From assembly GCF_963921235.1 (NCBI RefSeq), contig NC_086097.1, positions 238,516,001 to 238,580,000 on the forward strand: 64,000 nt of DNA, written 5' to 3'. Positions 36,591-49,379 of the stretch are shown here, piece by piece; within the stretch, counting starts at the first letter, position 1, and each line of letters opens with the position of its first letter. Position numbers and translations under genes: made by a program. Below the pieces are notes generated by a model, which saw only the letters and a program-made list of their open reading frames with translations, did not search any database and was not told where the DNA came from. This stretch comes from Mobula hypostoma (lineage: Eukaryota).

Positions 36591-37029
36591 AATTAATTGC
36601 AGTTCAAGATAAGCACTGACTCCATTATCGTCCAAGAGAAGCCTCTTCATTCGTAGTCAAAAATCAAGCACAGGGCCATCAGAATCAACATAATTTTTAA
36701 ATTATGCTGGCTAATTAAAAATGGTTAAATATAATCCAATTGAATTTGGCATTTACTTGTAGTGTGACAACACCATTTGTATGTGTCCTTTTCTTCAAGG
36801 TACCATTGAAATAATTGAAGAGTTAATCATATGTGTATCACAATTTCAAAGATAAATGGGCAGCTGGTGAATCAAGGACATTCTTTATCAGACTGTCTAT
36901 TCAGGCTCCTGTCCATCTGTTGCCTTACTCTTACATGGCTAATTTTAGCCTTTGAAAGAATTTTCACTTGATATTTTGCAACTTTTTTTTGAAAAAAGGC
37001 ATTAAAGCTGCCACTTTGAAACCTTGATA

Positions 37030-37430
37030 ATTAATGATCAACCACTTGTTTATGAATCACTCCATGTAGTGCCTCTGAAGCTCGTCTCTATGCAGATGTA
37101 ACGCTGGTAAGTACCATTTATAGACTGCCTCATTAGTCAGCCAGCGCACTGCAAATGATTCTCGCAAATACACACTTGCTCATTGATGTATGGAAGACGG
37201 GCTTTATCTTCAACATCTACAAAGTTCCTCTACCGACCCATCCCAAGTATTTGATACTACCACCCTCGAAAATAAATATTCATGAAAACATCTTGGAAGA
37301 CATTCCACATCTTTGGATCTGCCTCTCAGAAAAGACAATCACCGATTACAAAATTTACGACTGCCTTTGAAGTATCAACACAGCTTCAGGTTATCTGGAG
37401 GATTGAGTGTCTGATGATCAAGACCTCAGG
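37030..37430 (+). mobile_element. Old RTE fragment
   Basis: IHENILEDIPHLWICLSEKTITDYKI resembles RTE ...LENVDHFPYLGS.LS.KA.ID.EI. Confidence 0.45.
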
Positions 37431-37444
37431 CCTCCTCCAAACTT

Positions 37445-37757
37445 GTCATTTGGTTTAAAGGCTTAGGTGCTTCAATGACCTGAAGAGTTATGTTGACTGG
37501 AATCTAGGTTTTATGCTTTAGTTCTTGGTAGGGTCACCCATGCAAAACAGGGTAAAGGATAGAGGCCAGACTGACAGTACTCCTCCAGGTTCAAGGGTTC
37601 AGTTCAGGGTTAACGTGTGACGGTATTCCTTAATCTTCTCCAGGACTTAGATGACTGAAAACTTCACTACTGATACCATAGAGGAAGCCCTCAACACCGC
37701 CAGAGATGGAGGACATTCATTGCTGCTCTAAACACCAGAGGCATAATGGGCAGTAAA
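37445..37757 (+). mobile_element. Bipartite non-autonomous RTE/Expander-like element
   Basis: 5' UTR-like ggtagggtcacccatgcaaaacagg...gaggccagac joined to 3' end RQRWRTFIAALNTRGIMGS. Confidence 0.5.
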
Positions 37758-38097
37758 ATAGAGTCTTCAAACCTAGCACAGAGTTCATGGTGTACTGGAT
37801 AACAGTGATCCCTGCCCTCCTGCATTCTTTGAATACTTGGGGTACTTACAATAGTCACCTCAAAACACTGGAGTGATACAAGGAACACAATTGTGCAAAA
37901 TCCTTCAAATCCACGAGCAGATTACATGAACCAGCAGCACTATCAAAGTGAAAGTCAAAGTAAATTTATTTTTAAAGTTCATATATGTTACCATTCACTA
38001 CTTTGGAATTCATTTTCTTGCAGGCATTTACAAGAAAATAAATACATAATGTTTATCTTCCCCTCAAACATTTCATTTTTCATTTTCACCCTAAACA

Positions 38098-39343
38098 CAA
38101 TAGACAATAGGTGCAGGAGTAGGCCATTCAGCCCTTTGAGCCAGCACCGCCATTCACTGTGATCATGGCTGATCATCCACAATCAGTATCCAGTTCCTGC
38201 CTTATCCCCATATCCCTTGCCTCCACTATCTTTAAGAGTTCTATCTAACTCTTTCTTGAAGGCATCCAGACAATTGCCTTCCACTGCCTTCTGAGGCAGA
38301 GCATTCCACAGATCCACAACCCTCTGCGTGAAAAAGTTTTTCCTCAACTCCGTTCTAAATGGCCTACTCCTTATTTTTAAACTGTGGCCTCTGGTTCTGG
38401 ACTCCCCCAACATCGGGAACATGTTTCCTGCCTCTAGTGTTTCCAATCCCTTAACAGTCTTATATGTTTTAATCAGATCCCCTCTCATCCTTCTAAATTC
38501 TAGTGTATACAAGCCCAGTTGCTCCAATCTTCCAACATGTGACAGTCCCGCCATCCCAGGAATTAACTTCGTGAACCTACGCTGCACTCCCTCAATAACA
38601 AGAATGTCCTTCCTCAGATTTGGAGACCAAAACTGTACACAATACTCCAGGTGTGGTCTCACCAGAGCCCTGTACAACTGCAGAATCACCTCTTTGCTCC
38701 TATACTCAACTCCCCTTGTTATGAAGGCCAAAATGCCATTAGCTTTCTTCACTGCCTGCTGTACCTGCATGCTTACTTTCAGTGACTGATGAACAAGCAC
38801 ACCAAGATCTTGTTGTACTTCCACTTTTCCTAACTTGACATCATTCAGATAGTAATCTGCCTGCCTGTTCTTACCACCAAAGTGGATAACCTCACATTTA
38901 TTCACATTAAACTGCATTTGCTATGCATCCGCCCACTCACCCAGCCTGTCCAAGTCACCCTGCATTCTCATAACATCCTCCTTACATTTCACACTGCCAC
39001 CCAGCTTTGTGTCATCTGCAAATTTGCTAATGTTACTTTTAATCCCTTCATCTAAATCATTAATGTATATTGTAAATAGCTGCAGTCCCAGTACCAAGCC
39101 TTGCGGTACCCCACTAGTCACTGCCTACCATTCTGAAAGGGACCTGTTAATCCCTACTCTTTGTTTCCTGTCTGCCAGCCAATTTTCTATCCATGTTCGT
39201 GCCCTACCCCCAATACCATGTGCTCCAATTTTGCCCACTAATCTCCTATGTGGGACTTTTTCAAAGGCTTTCTGGAAGTCCAGGTACACTACATCCACTG
39301 GCTCTCCCTTGTCCATTTTCATAGTTACATCCTCAAAAAACTC
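38098..39343 (-). mobile_element. CR1 LINE 3' portion
   Basis: ORFs 39125-39403, 38921-39121 and 38183-38917; same subfamily as 32558-33467. Confidence 0.92.
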
Positions 39344-39454
39344 ATGACATTTAGTTCCAGTCTCACCCAACCTCAGTGGAAAATGCTTGCTTGATTTACC
39401 CAATCAATGTCCCTCATAATTTTGTATATCTCCATCAGCTTCTGGAATCCTTGA

Positions 39455-39860
39455 TCCATTCCGTGAAGAGTCTCTGTACGTCCTCCCGATGGAAAGCATG
39501 GTTTTCTCCGGGTCCACGGGTTTCCCCCCACAGTCCAAAGATGCACCAGGTAGGTTAATTGGGTATTGTAAATTGTCTCATGATTAGGTTACATACATCA
39601 AAGTTGCTGGTGAACGCAGCAGGCCAGGCAGCATCTCTAGGAAGAGGTACAGTCGACGTTTCAGGCCGAGATCTTTCGTCAGGACGCTCACCTGCTGTGT
39701 TTACCAGCAACGTTGATGTTTGTTGCTTGAATTTCCAGTACCTGCAGAATTCCTGTTGGTTGTCCATGATTAGGTTAATTGCTTTTGTCGGGGGGTAGCT
39801 AGGGCAGAGTGGCTCGAATACCCTATTATGTGTTATATCGCTAATATAAATAAATAACTT
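39455..39860 (+). mobile_element. V-SINE/HE1-like SINE with nested Penelope fragment
   Basis: gtacgtcctccc...ggttttctccggg...cccacagtccaaaga...ggttaattgg..attgtaaattgtc V-domain. Confidence 0.65.
39592..39764. mobile_element. Penelope pLTR fragment with inversion; hammerhead motif at 39651-39685 (minus)
   Basis: TSD CATGATTAGGTTA (39579-39591, 39765-39777); minus-strand arm followed by plus-strand arm. Confidence 0.8.
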
Positions 39861-40559
39861 AAATTATTTATGAAAAACTATACATAATCTGACTAAAGAC
39901 AACAGCTCCAACATTGCATCCCTATGACACTCAGCTGACCCTGATGGGCAGGTCACATCATTCACAAGCATGTCACCAGAGCCGCAGAATAAATCTTCTG
40001 TCTTGGCTGTGCCATGAGAAGGAATGCCAGAAGGAAAGAGGAAATGTTTTAAGGATGTTTTCAAAACTTATTTGAAAATGCAAAACAAATACTTCCACCA
40101 AGTCAGAATCAAAGTCAGGTTTATTATCACTGGTACGTGTTGTGAAACTTGTTGTTTTGTGGCAGCAGTATAGTGCAATACATAGAAACATAGAAAACCT
40201 ACAGCACAATAAAGGCCCTTCAGCCCACATATACTATAAAATTACAATAAGAAATATCTATAAAAATTAAATAAGTAGTGCAGAAAGAGAACAAACATAC
40301 TGAGGAAGTGTTCATTGGTTCATTTTCTGATTTTCCCTCTTGACAGCTTTTTCTCTTTATGGACTACACACAGGAGGATTTTATCTCATTGCGGTATGCT
40401 GAACCTCGATTAAGAAATTTGCTAGCTCTACAAGGATACGCATGAGAGTTAAGGTTGCAAATGTAGCTCAGTCGCTCAGGTGCATCTTGATACATTGAGA
40501 GATTTTGCTCATGTTCACATTTTTAAAAATTTTGATAGGCGGTGTTTTGTTTTTTTGGA

Positions 40560-40822
40560 ACAGGTTGGTTCACTGGAAAATAGTTGAAGTTCATTAAAAG
40601 AGAACTGACTCTCTTTCAGTATGAGCCAATAGAATTCAAAGGCCAGCTGAAGGGGTTGTCAAGCAGGACCGAGGCAAGCAAAGAGGGGTGGGAGGGGGCA
40701 ACAATATAAACGCGAGCACTCCCAGAGAGAAACACTAACAACTGAGCACTAAAGATGTCACCTTGACTACTGATGATACGTCTGCAAGCTAATTGCCGAG
40801 CTCGGGGAACAGTGCAACATCA
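40560..40822 (+). mobile_element. Old Penelope-like pLTR with degenerate hammerhead (~40745-40787)
   Basis: gagca-CTAAAGA-tgtcacc-ttgact-actgat-GATA-C-GTC-tgca aligns to the 4641-5170 family. Confidence 0.5.
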
Positions 40823-41254
40823 AAGAGCTGATCCTGTCCCAATTTTGAGTTGGGCTACATAAATTATGATGCATGTATTGGTAAAGTTTTCCTATGACCT
40901 GTCTTCAGTTAAACTCATTTCAACATTAGTCAGTGGTTTAAATTCTACATGCTTCTCTGGTAAAGGATTTTTTTTTATGAAGAATAAATACACATCTATC
41001 CACAGGAACAAACTGTTGCAAAATTAGTATAACCCTAATCTCAGTAAATACAATATACAATGGAAGATAAAAGTCAACATCGCAACGTGAGTAGAAATAA
41101 ATTTTTTAACAAATTATTAAATGACATTTTAAAGATATGTGTACAGTTACATTACATGCAAACCTGCAATGCTAAATGCTAGTCTATACCACGTAAATAG
41201 GAAGTATGTTGTGAAGATGTTCTTCAATGAAATTGATCTGGGTTACTGTAAAAC

Positions 41255-41322
41255 AGGGGTTCCCAAACATTTTTTATGCCATGGACCACTGCCATTTACC
41301 GAGGTGTCCACTGGAACCCCAG
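41255..41322 (+). mobile_element. hAT-type MITE
   Basis: CAGGGGTTCCCAA...GGAACCCCAG; imperfect 8-bp TSD ctgtaaaa/cagtaaag. Confidence 0.65.
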
Positions 41323-42553
41323 CAGTAAAGGATAAGGTGATGAGGGAAAAAGTTCTTGGTGTTGCAATGGAAACATTACTGGAGAAGGTAGAAAATCCAA
41401 GCGATCCCATAGTCTGTGGAATTAACGTTTGGGGTTGGTGTGGGTTCACATGGAAGGCTGGGAGCCAGGAGCATGAGCTAATGGTGAGAATGTGCCCTGA
41501 AGCCACCAGATTCAATGCCCAGAGAAATTTACTGAATTTGCGCAAAGCTATAAGTTGCAGGTACTCCTACCCACCCCCCCCATCTTATAACACCAACCTT
41601 GTTTCGCGTTCACTGCTTACCCAACCAGCTCTAGACAATGAAAGATAGAATACGTGTCTATGTAGAAACACTGCTTTTTAATTATATATCTGCAGCTACC
41701 AGCTGAGATGCTGATGTGTTACATATTGCGTGGGTTAACAGTGAGGTGAGATTTCGATGTAGCATGTCACCAGATGCATGTATTCCACATCCAGGTAGAC
41801 GGAAAGCAGAGTTCAGGTCCCAGCTTAATCACTCAAAAGGTTTGCTGCAGGGATCTCAGCTGAGGTCAACCTACAAAGGATGTCACATGGAATATAAAAC
41901 AAAACACTTTTAGACCAACAATGAGAAGAAAATGAACTTGCTGCTACAATGATGTATTTTTTTTTAAATGGATAAATGCTGAAGATTTTGCGTTGTCCCC
42001 TCTTCACATGCACCCTGGAGGTTTTTCCTTCACTGACATATTTGAAGTGGGGAAGTCTAAAGTGAAACGCATTAAGTTTTTAAGCATCTGAAAAATGCAG
42101 CACTTAAATTGGCATGTCATGTTCAGACCCTGATTCATGCATGAAAGAGAAGCATTATTAATTTCAGGCAGGGGGCATATGCTACTGAAATAGTTGTTTT
42201 TTTACACTGGATCAATCAGAGACCTACTAGAGATTTTATGGGCATTGCCTCAGAACAATGATGACGTCTTATAATCCCTTCCATTCTATAAAGTCTGGTT
42301 ACACAAATGTCTGACTGACACAATGTATCTATATGGCCATTACAATCTATTCACATGAATAATTTCAATTTGTTCTTTTATTACCTAGTTCAATAAACAA
42401 GAAAACACACACCAGTCTTCATAAAGGGATCAGAAGTGGAAAGGGTAAGCAATTTCAAATTCCTGGGTGTCAACATCTCTGAGGGTCTAAGCTGGACCCA
42501 ACAGAGCAGTTGCCACATGAAGCTGAGATGTAACCTATCAGGATACTTTTTAT

Positions 42554-42745
42554 GCAAACAACAGGAATTCTGCAGATGCTGGAAATTCAAGCAACATACA
42601 TCAAAGTTGCTGGTGAACGCAGCAGGCCAGGCAGCATCTATAGGAAGAGGCGCAGTCGACGTTTCAGGCCGAGAGTCGACTGCGCCTCTTCCTATAGATG
42701 CTGCCTGGCCTGCTGCGTTCACCAGCAACTTTGATGTATGTTGCT
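42554..42745. mobile_element. Penelope pLTR fold-back insertion (71-bp perfect inverted repeat)
   Basis: Arms 42590-42660 and 42675-42745; TSD AGGATACTTTTTAT (42540-42553, 42746-42759). Confidence 0.9.
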
Positions 42746-42759
42746 AGGATACTTTTTAT

Positions 42760-43630
42760 AACACATTCGAAGAAGTTCAAGAGAATCCTCACAGACAAGT
42801 CAATTTTTCTCAGGAGTCTGAGGAAGTACACATACTGATGTGTGTTATTGATCACCGCATCAGTTTGGAGGGACCAGATAAGGTGGTTAATAATATAGTT
42901 GACGAGAACAGGGTTGCATTCACCACACCCCACCACCACATAAACAACCAACTCTTTCATCTTTGACATTCTTTCGTCTAGAATATTGTTCTGACACCAT
43001 GATATAAGATTTATGATCATGAGGCTTCTCTTGAACTTCTCTGAATGTGCTAATTGATCCAAATGGATTCAATGTTTTTATCGATGAACTTAAAGATCAG
43101 TTTGGCTTTATATCCAGCCACATAGGGTTGGTATACAGGGGGCAAAGCAGGGAACTGAACTCACAGCCTAAGGAAGTACTGGTGTGGAGGGTCAGGGTGG
43201 ATGAACTGAATGAGGCCTGACAGTCAGCAAGTCTAGAAACCAGTTACAGAAGAGAATCACAAGGCCAAAATTCAAGAGTTTAGTGTTAAGCTTATTAAGT
43301 ATTATGATGTTGAAGGCTGAGCTGTAATCAAAGAACACCAATGAATATGTACTGTCATTGTCAAGGTGTTCTGGAGTTGAATGCAATGCAAAGGAGGTGG
43401 CGTCCTCCGCAGTTCACTTGTACTCAGATTTCAGGGGGTCTAGACCGTCCAGAAAGATGGGGCTAATATGGCCCATTATGAATCTCTGAAAGCATTTCAA
43501 TATGCTCAATGTTAGAGCTGCTGGTCAGTAGTTATTCAGACAGGACACCACTTTTTTTTCATGGGATTTGGAATGAACGAGGATTGCTTGAAGCAAAGGG
43601 GAACAGTAGACTGTTGAAGTGAGAAGTTAT
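42760..43630 (-). mobile_element. Old Rex1/Babar fragment
   Basis: HLDNDSTYSLVFFDYSSAFNII; WCQNN; YFLRLLRK. Confidence 0.7.
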
Positions 43631-44239
43631 GAAGGAATGTTCTCATGCCCACAAACTTTCCTTTGTAATTTTCAGAAGCAGGACAATTTCTCGGTGTTTT
43701 CTTCACCTTCTTCACATTGGGCTCTCATGTAGTTTCTTCTCTTCAAAATTAAGGTCAAAGTAAATTTATTATCAAAGTATGTACATGTCACCAAATAATT
43801 GAGATTTGTTTTCTTGCAGGAATTTACAGGAACAATAAATTTAATGAAAATTTTACCTATGTAAAGACTGACAAGCAACAAACATGCAAAAGACAAATTG
43901 TGCAAATATAAAAATAAAATGAGAATATGAGTTCTGGGTCTGACTTCAACTGCACCAGCTTTAGCTTTGCTACCTAGAATATACTTCCTAAGCCTTTTTC
44001 CTTAATTAAATCCTCTTTAAACCTTATCTTTTTGGGAAGCATTTGTAATTTCTCTAAGAACTAGTGTCTGTTTCTCACAGCTAGGCAAAGCACTGAGGTA
44101 ATCTGTACAAAATCTATTGTGTGCACATTGAACCCAGTGTTTTTACCTTGATTCAACATTCACCATAACTACAGGAACAAATGAAAAACCCTTCTAACAT
44201 GCCTTACTATGGTATTTTTCTCAACTGACCAATGAACAA

Positions 44240-44915
44240 GTCAAGTTTATTGTCATTTAACTATGTACATATATACTATCGTACGAAACAAAGTTTATTT
44301 GAACCAGGGTGTAAAAGAGATAACACACAATAACTTATGAAGATAAGGATAAAATCTACAGATGAATTTCACATATAAATAACAAATTGAAGTGCATAAA
44401 TCAAATATTGTAAGGTACGGAACAGATTAACCAGTGACATTTTGAATACGATGCACCAGGGAGTTCAGAAGCTGAAATGTCCGGAGGGAAGAAGCTGTTT
44501 CCCATCCAGACTGTTCTTGTGTTTACACATCAGAGTCTCCTGCCTGATGGTGAAAAGTGAAGGAAGATACTGGATGGGTGGGTGGGATCCTTAATAATAC
44601 ACTGAGGGCCTTGACTAAACAACACTCCTGATTAGTGTCTCCAGTGGATGGTAGGGAGACCGCTCTGATCCTCTCAGCTGTTCTCACAGTTCTTTTATAG
44701 GGACTTCCAGTCCAATACTCAGCTGCTCCCATACCAGATAGAAATGCAATTTGACAGGAAGCTCTCAATGGGGCTCCTGTAAAATACATTTAAGATGGTG
44801 GGGGGAGACTTGCTTGCTTCAATCTCCTTAGAAAGTGGAGTGGCTACTGTGCTTCTTGTTCAGGGAGGTAATATTGAAGGATTAGGTGAGATCATCCATG
44901 ATATGAGCACAAGGA
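44240..44915 (-). mobile_element. Rex1/Babar 3' fragment
   Basis: RTVRTAERI..VSLPS; aataaacttgacttg tail. Confidence 0.7.
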
Positions 44916-45884
44916 AAGCCCAACAGACTCTTCAGATTTAGCCCCCTGTATGTGCCTGCACGTCCTGGACTTCCAAATTTTCAGCCCATGCACTGGTTAG
45001 TGCTGGAGCACATTTGTCTTTGGAGGAGTTATTAGGAAACATTTTCCTGATAAAGTGCTAAAGTTGCTCTGACCAATTACCGTAGCAAATTTCCTTCTCC
45101 GTCTTAAAATATTTATGACGAGAAAAAGACAAAAAATTAAATGCCTCACTAAAATCATACAACAAAATTATTTACGCAACAGTTTTGCATTTAATGGCAG
45201 TGATGTAATTTTAATGTGTAGCCATCTGTTGCAGAAGATGTTATCAAAGACACTTACAAGAGTGTCTGCATGATGGGACAGGATATCAGAATTTATTGTA
45301 TAGCAGTCATGTCATAAAATTTGAAGAGCACTACATATTCTCTGCTGAACTCTTCAGCGGCCTATCCTGCTTGGGTTCTCAGGATTTCTTCTCAAGATTA
45401 CTGCCATGAGATCCTGAACCCATTCAGAGCTGCTGAATATCCAGCACCTCACTGATGATAGTATGGATTAATGTTTAAAATTATAAGACCATAAGACAAT
45501 TCAGTCCATTAAGTCTTTTGCACCATTCCATCAAGGCTGATTTATTATCCCTCTCAACTCTGTTCTCCTACCTTCTCCCCTGAACCCTTACTAATCAGGG
45601 TCATATCAACTTCTGCTTTGATTATATCCGATGTCTTGGCATCCACAGTGATATATGAGAATTAATTCCACAGATTCACCAGCCTCTGGCTAAACAAACT
45701 CCTCCTCATCTCTGTTCTAAAGGGAGATCCTTGTGTTCCCTGGTCCTGGACTCCCTTTCCAGAAGAAACGTCTTCTCCACAGCCACTCGATCTAGGCCTT
45801 TCAATATTTGATAGCTTTAATGAGATCCCCCCCTCCATCCCATTCTTTATAAACCAGTGAGTACAGGCTCAGTGCTATCAAGTT

Positions 45885-46900
45885 TGTTTTTGTTTGTTTT
45901 AAATTTAATTTAATTTCCGAATAGACAACAAACCCATGTACACTACCTCATTATTTTGACTGTTTTTCTTTTTATTGCTCTATTTTGTATAACCTATTTA
46001 ATTTAATTTAATAAACGTTAATCATAACAATAAATTACTTGAAAGAATGAAACATTTAATGCCTTTTCATTCTTTGCATACATGGTCAATGCTTTCCATA
46101 CTCTTCTATTGTATTCATATCATACACAGTAATATCTCTGCTGCCACTTATTTGGTACTCTGGGGTGGTTTACTAACTGCTACAATAATTGAGGGGCTTC
46201 CTCCCCCCACCCAACCCCTCCTTGCCAAGTAAGAGAAGATCCCTACACAGTGGTCCTTCCCCACCAAACCCCTGTGGTGGCTGCACCAAGCCTCAGTACA
46301 TCCCTCAGTATGTCCTCCTGCGGCCTTGACTGTGCCAGTCAGCAGCATTCTTCCATGGACATCTCAATGTGCTGACGGACCAACACGTTTCGGGCCAACC
46401 AAAGAGCATCTTTCACCGAGTTGCTGCTCCTCCATCAGCACTTGATGTTCATCTCCGCGTGTGTCCCTGGGAACAGCCCGGGGATCAGAGCTGCGCAGCT
46501 GCTCAGAATGAAGTGCGGCACCGGCCCTTTCAACTTTCTCTAGACCCTCTTTGCAAACCCACCGTCTTCAATGAGGTGAGTGACGGTCTCTTCCCCACGA
46601 CAGTCACCCCATAAGCAGAGGGTTGTGGGGTTGGTGCTCTGGGCATGCAGGAAGGATCTGACTGGAAGGTCCCCTCTCACCGCCAGCCAGGCGATGTGAG
46701 GCCTGGCGATGAGGCATTCGGCCTAATGGTCTGGAGAGTCTGCTCATGAAACTACACCACTGAGTCTTTCTCCAGCAATGTCTGCAGGAAGTTCTGTGCT
46801 GACCATTGCCTCCTGGACCTGTGGTCAAAGGCATTGGTCCAGAAGAACTTTTCCATGAAGGACAGATAGTGCAGCAATATCCATCTGACTGGGATGTCAA
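45885..46900 (-). mobile_element. Tx1-like LINE 3' fragment
   Basis: Minus frame GLFPGTHTEMNIKC*WRSSNSVKDALWLARN...LRDVLRLGAA...WGRTTV, typical of Tx1 ORF2 C-terminus; A-rich tail. Confidence 0.75.
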
Positions 46901-46971
46901 CCAAGACTCTTCTTATTGCTACCATCAGGGTGGAGATACAGGAGCCCGAAGACACACACTCAATGTTTTAG

Positions 46972-47280
46972 GCAACACACATAAAAGTTGCTGGTGAACG
47001 CAGCAGGCCAGGCAGCATCTCTAGGAAGAGGTGCGGTCGACGTTTCAGGCTGAGACTCTTCGTCAGGACTAACTGAAGGAAGAGTGAGTAAGGGATTTGA
47101 AAGTTGGAGGGGGAGGGGGAGATCCAAAATGATAGGAGAAGACAGGTGGGGGGGGGGTGGATGGAGCCAAGAGCTGGGCAGGTGATAGGCAAAAGGGGTA
47201 TGAGAGGATCATGGGACGGGAGGTCCGGGAAGAAAGACAAGGAGGTGGGGGGGACCCAGAGGATGGGCAAGGGGTATATT
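46972..47280 (-). mobile_element. Penelope pLTR fragment (hammerhead motif 47035-47070) nested in a Rex tail
   Basis: agtcCTGACGAagagtctcagcctGAAAcGTCgacc; pyrimidine-rich pLTR; short TTTTAG duplication. Confidence 0.8.
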
Positions 47281-48039
47281 TTTTAGAATCAGCTTCTTCC
47301 CCTCTGCCATCAGATTTCTGAATAGACAACGAACCCATGTACACTACCTCATTATTTTGACTTTTTTTCTTTTTATTGCTCTATTTTGTATAACCTATTT
47401 AATTTAATTTAATTATATATATATATATATATATGCAGTATAGAGGTAATTCTATTATTTCCCAGCCTCTTCTTCCATCTAATTCATCACCAGAGAATTC
47501 TTTGGGGTGACATAGAGGACTTCTGCACAGTACTGTATATTATATTCATCTATATATTATGACTATATATTGTAACATAATTTTTAAAATTACTTATTGT
47601 ACTAAACTACTGCTGCAAGACAACATATTTCAGGCCATGATATTAAATCTGATTCTGAAGGTTTTTGACTTTTGTCTCTTTATTCTGTCCGTAGTGATCT
47701 AAAGAAATGTAATTTTATCTAATTGCCAACTTATACTACATTCGTGTTGTTCAACATATCCCTCCGTCCATAACCCTCTATGTCACTGACTCTTCCCCTA
47801 AAGAACTCTCTCTGGAGATAAGTAGATGCAACAATAGGCTAGCAAATATCAGTGGAGAAAATTAAAGGAAAGGATTAGGCTTATTGTCACATGTACATTA
47901 AAATATCTAAACAGTGAGATTATTTGTTATGCATCAATGACCAACACAATTTTTGCATGTTGCCTGTTCGGCAGTCTTTCTATGTAGTTTTTCATTGAAT
48001 GCATTGTATTTCTTTGTTCTGCTGGGAATGCCTGCAAGG

Positions 48040-48446
48040 GTAAGAGGACATCTTATAGAAACTTATAAAGTGATGAAAGGGATAGATAAGACAGAGGTAG
48101 GAAAGTTTCTTCCATTGGTAGGTGAGACTAGAACTAGAGGACATAGCCTTAAGATTCGGGGCAGTAGATTTAGGACCGAGATGAGGAGGAGCTGCTTTTT
48201 CTCAGAGCGTGTTGAATCTGTTGAAATCTCTGCCCAATGAAGCTGCTGAGGCTACCTCAGTAAATATACTTAAGACAAGGTTGGATAGATTTTTGTATAG
48301 TAGGGGAATTAAGGGTTATGGGAGAAAGGCAGGTAAGTGGAGATGAGTCCATGGCCAGATCAACCATGATCTTATTGAATAGCAGAGCAGGCTCAATGGA
48401 GCAGATGGCCTCCTCCTGCTCCTATTTCTTACGTTCTTACGTTCTC
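48040..48446 (+). mobile_element. CR1 3' fragment
   Basis: RGHLIETYKVMKG...GETRTRGHSLKIRG; (CTTACGTT)n tail. Confidence 0.85.
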
Positions 48447-48499
48447 AGGGTAGTGTAGGTACATACTTTGATAATAAATTTACTTTGAACTTTGGATTG

Positions 48500-48720
48500 T
48501 ACTGGGGCAGCCTACTAGTGTCACCAGGCTTCCAGCGCCCACAACTCACTAAGCTGAACCCATGTGTCTTTGTAATGTGGGTACACTAAAACAAAGGAAA
48601 CCCATGTGGCCACAGGCAGAATGCATAAACTCATTCCAGGCAGCAGCAGGAATTGAACCCTGATTGATGATCACTGGCCTTGCAAAGCAGTTGTGTTAAC
48701 CGCTATGCTACTGTGCCACC
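48500..48720 (-). mobile_element. tRNA-derived SINE (V-SINE-like)
   Basis: Minus strand GGCACAGTAGCATAGCGGTTA (A box)...GGTTCAATTCC (B box), then V-domain. Confidence 0.65.
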
Positions 48721-49379
48721 ACAGCACGGGCATCTTGAAGGAATCTGCATCATCACCGGGTCCTCTTGCAGCTGATGTGCACGCTTACTTGATGGTACTC
48801 ATACTCCACCATCTTGCTAATCAAAGACACCAACCTGTGCTAGAGGAAGAGAACTGAAGAATTTGGAGTCTCAGAGGGGCAGGAAAACAGCAGCAGCTAC
48901 TAGGGGCATGGCCCTGACATCTGTCCTTGCCCTTGTCACCCAGAAATGGGGAAGGCAGGATATAAAGGGTCATTAAATAGGGAGATGACTTTCATAAGCT
49001 GTGCTCAAAGCAAACTGAGTGCTCTCTCCTTACTGCAGTCCTGAACACCAACTCCATCAGCCAAAGATCAAAGTAAAACTATTTTCAAAGTATGTACATG
49101 TTACCATATACTGCCTTGAGAGTTACTTTTCTTGTGGGCGTTTCTTGGGAAGAAAAAAGAAATGCAATAGAACTTATGAAAAACAATGCATAAACAATGA
49201 CTGCAAACCAAGAAGACAAGCTATGCAAATTTATAAAAAATAATACTGAGAACATGAGCCGTAAAGAGTCCTTGAAAGTTAATCTGTAGGTTGCAGAAAA
49301 ATCTATAATCATCTTTGAGATAGTCCACTTACACTGCATTACATATGAGTGAATTTATTGATTTATGTATAGATAAAGT

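Noticed and set aside
48640..48720. tRNA gene
   Set aside because: The A/B boxes belong to a SINE head and continue into SINE body; there is no cloverleaf.
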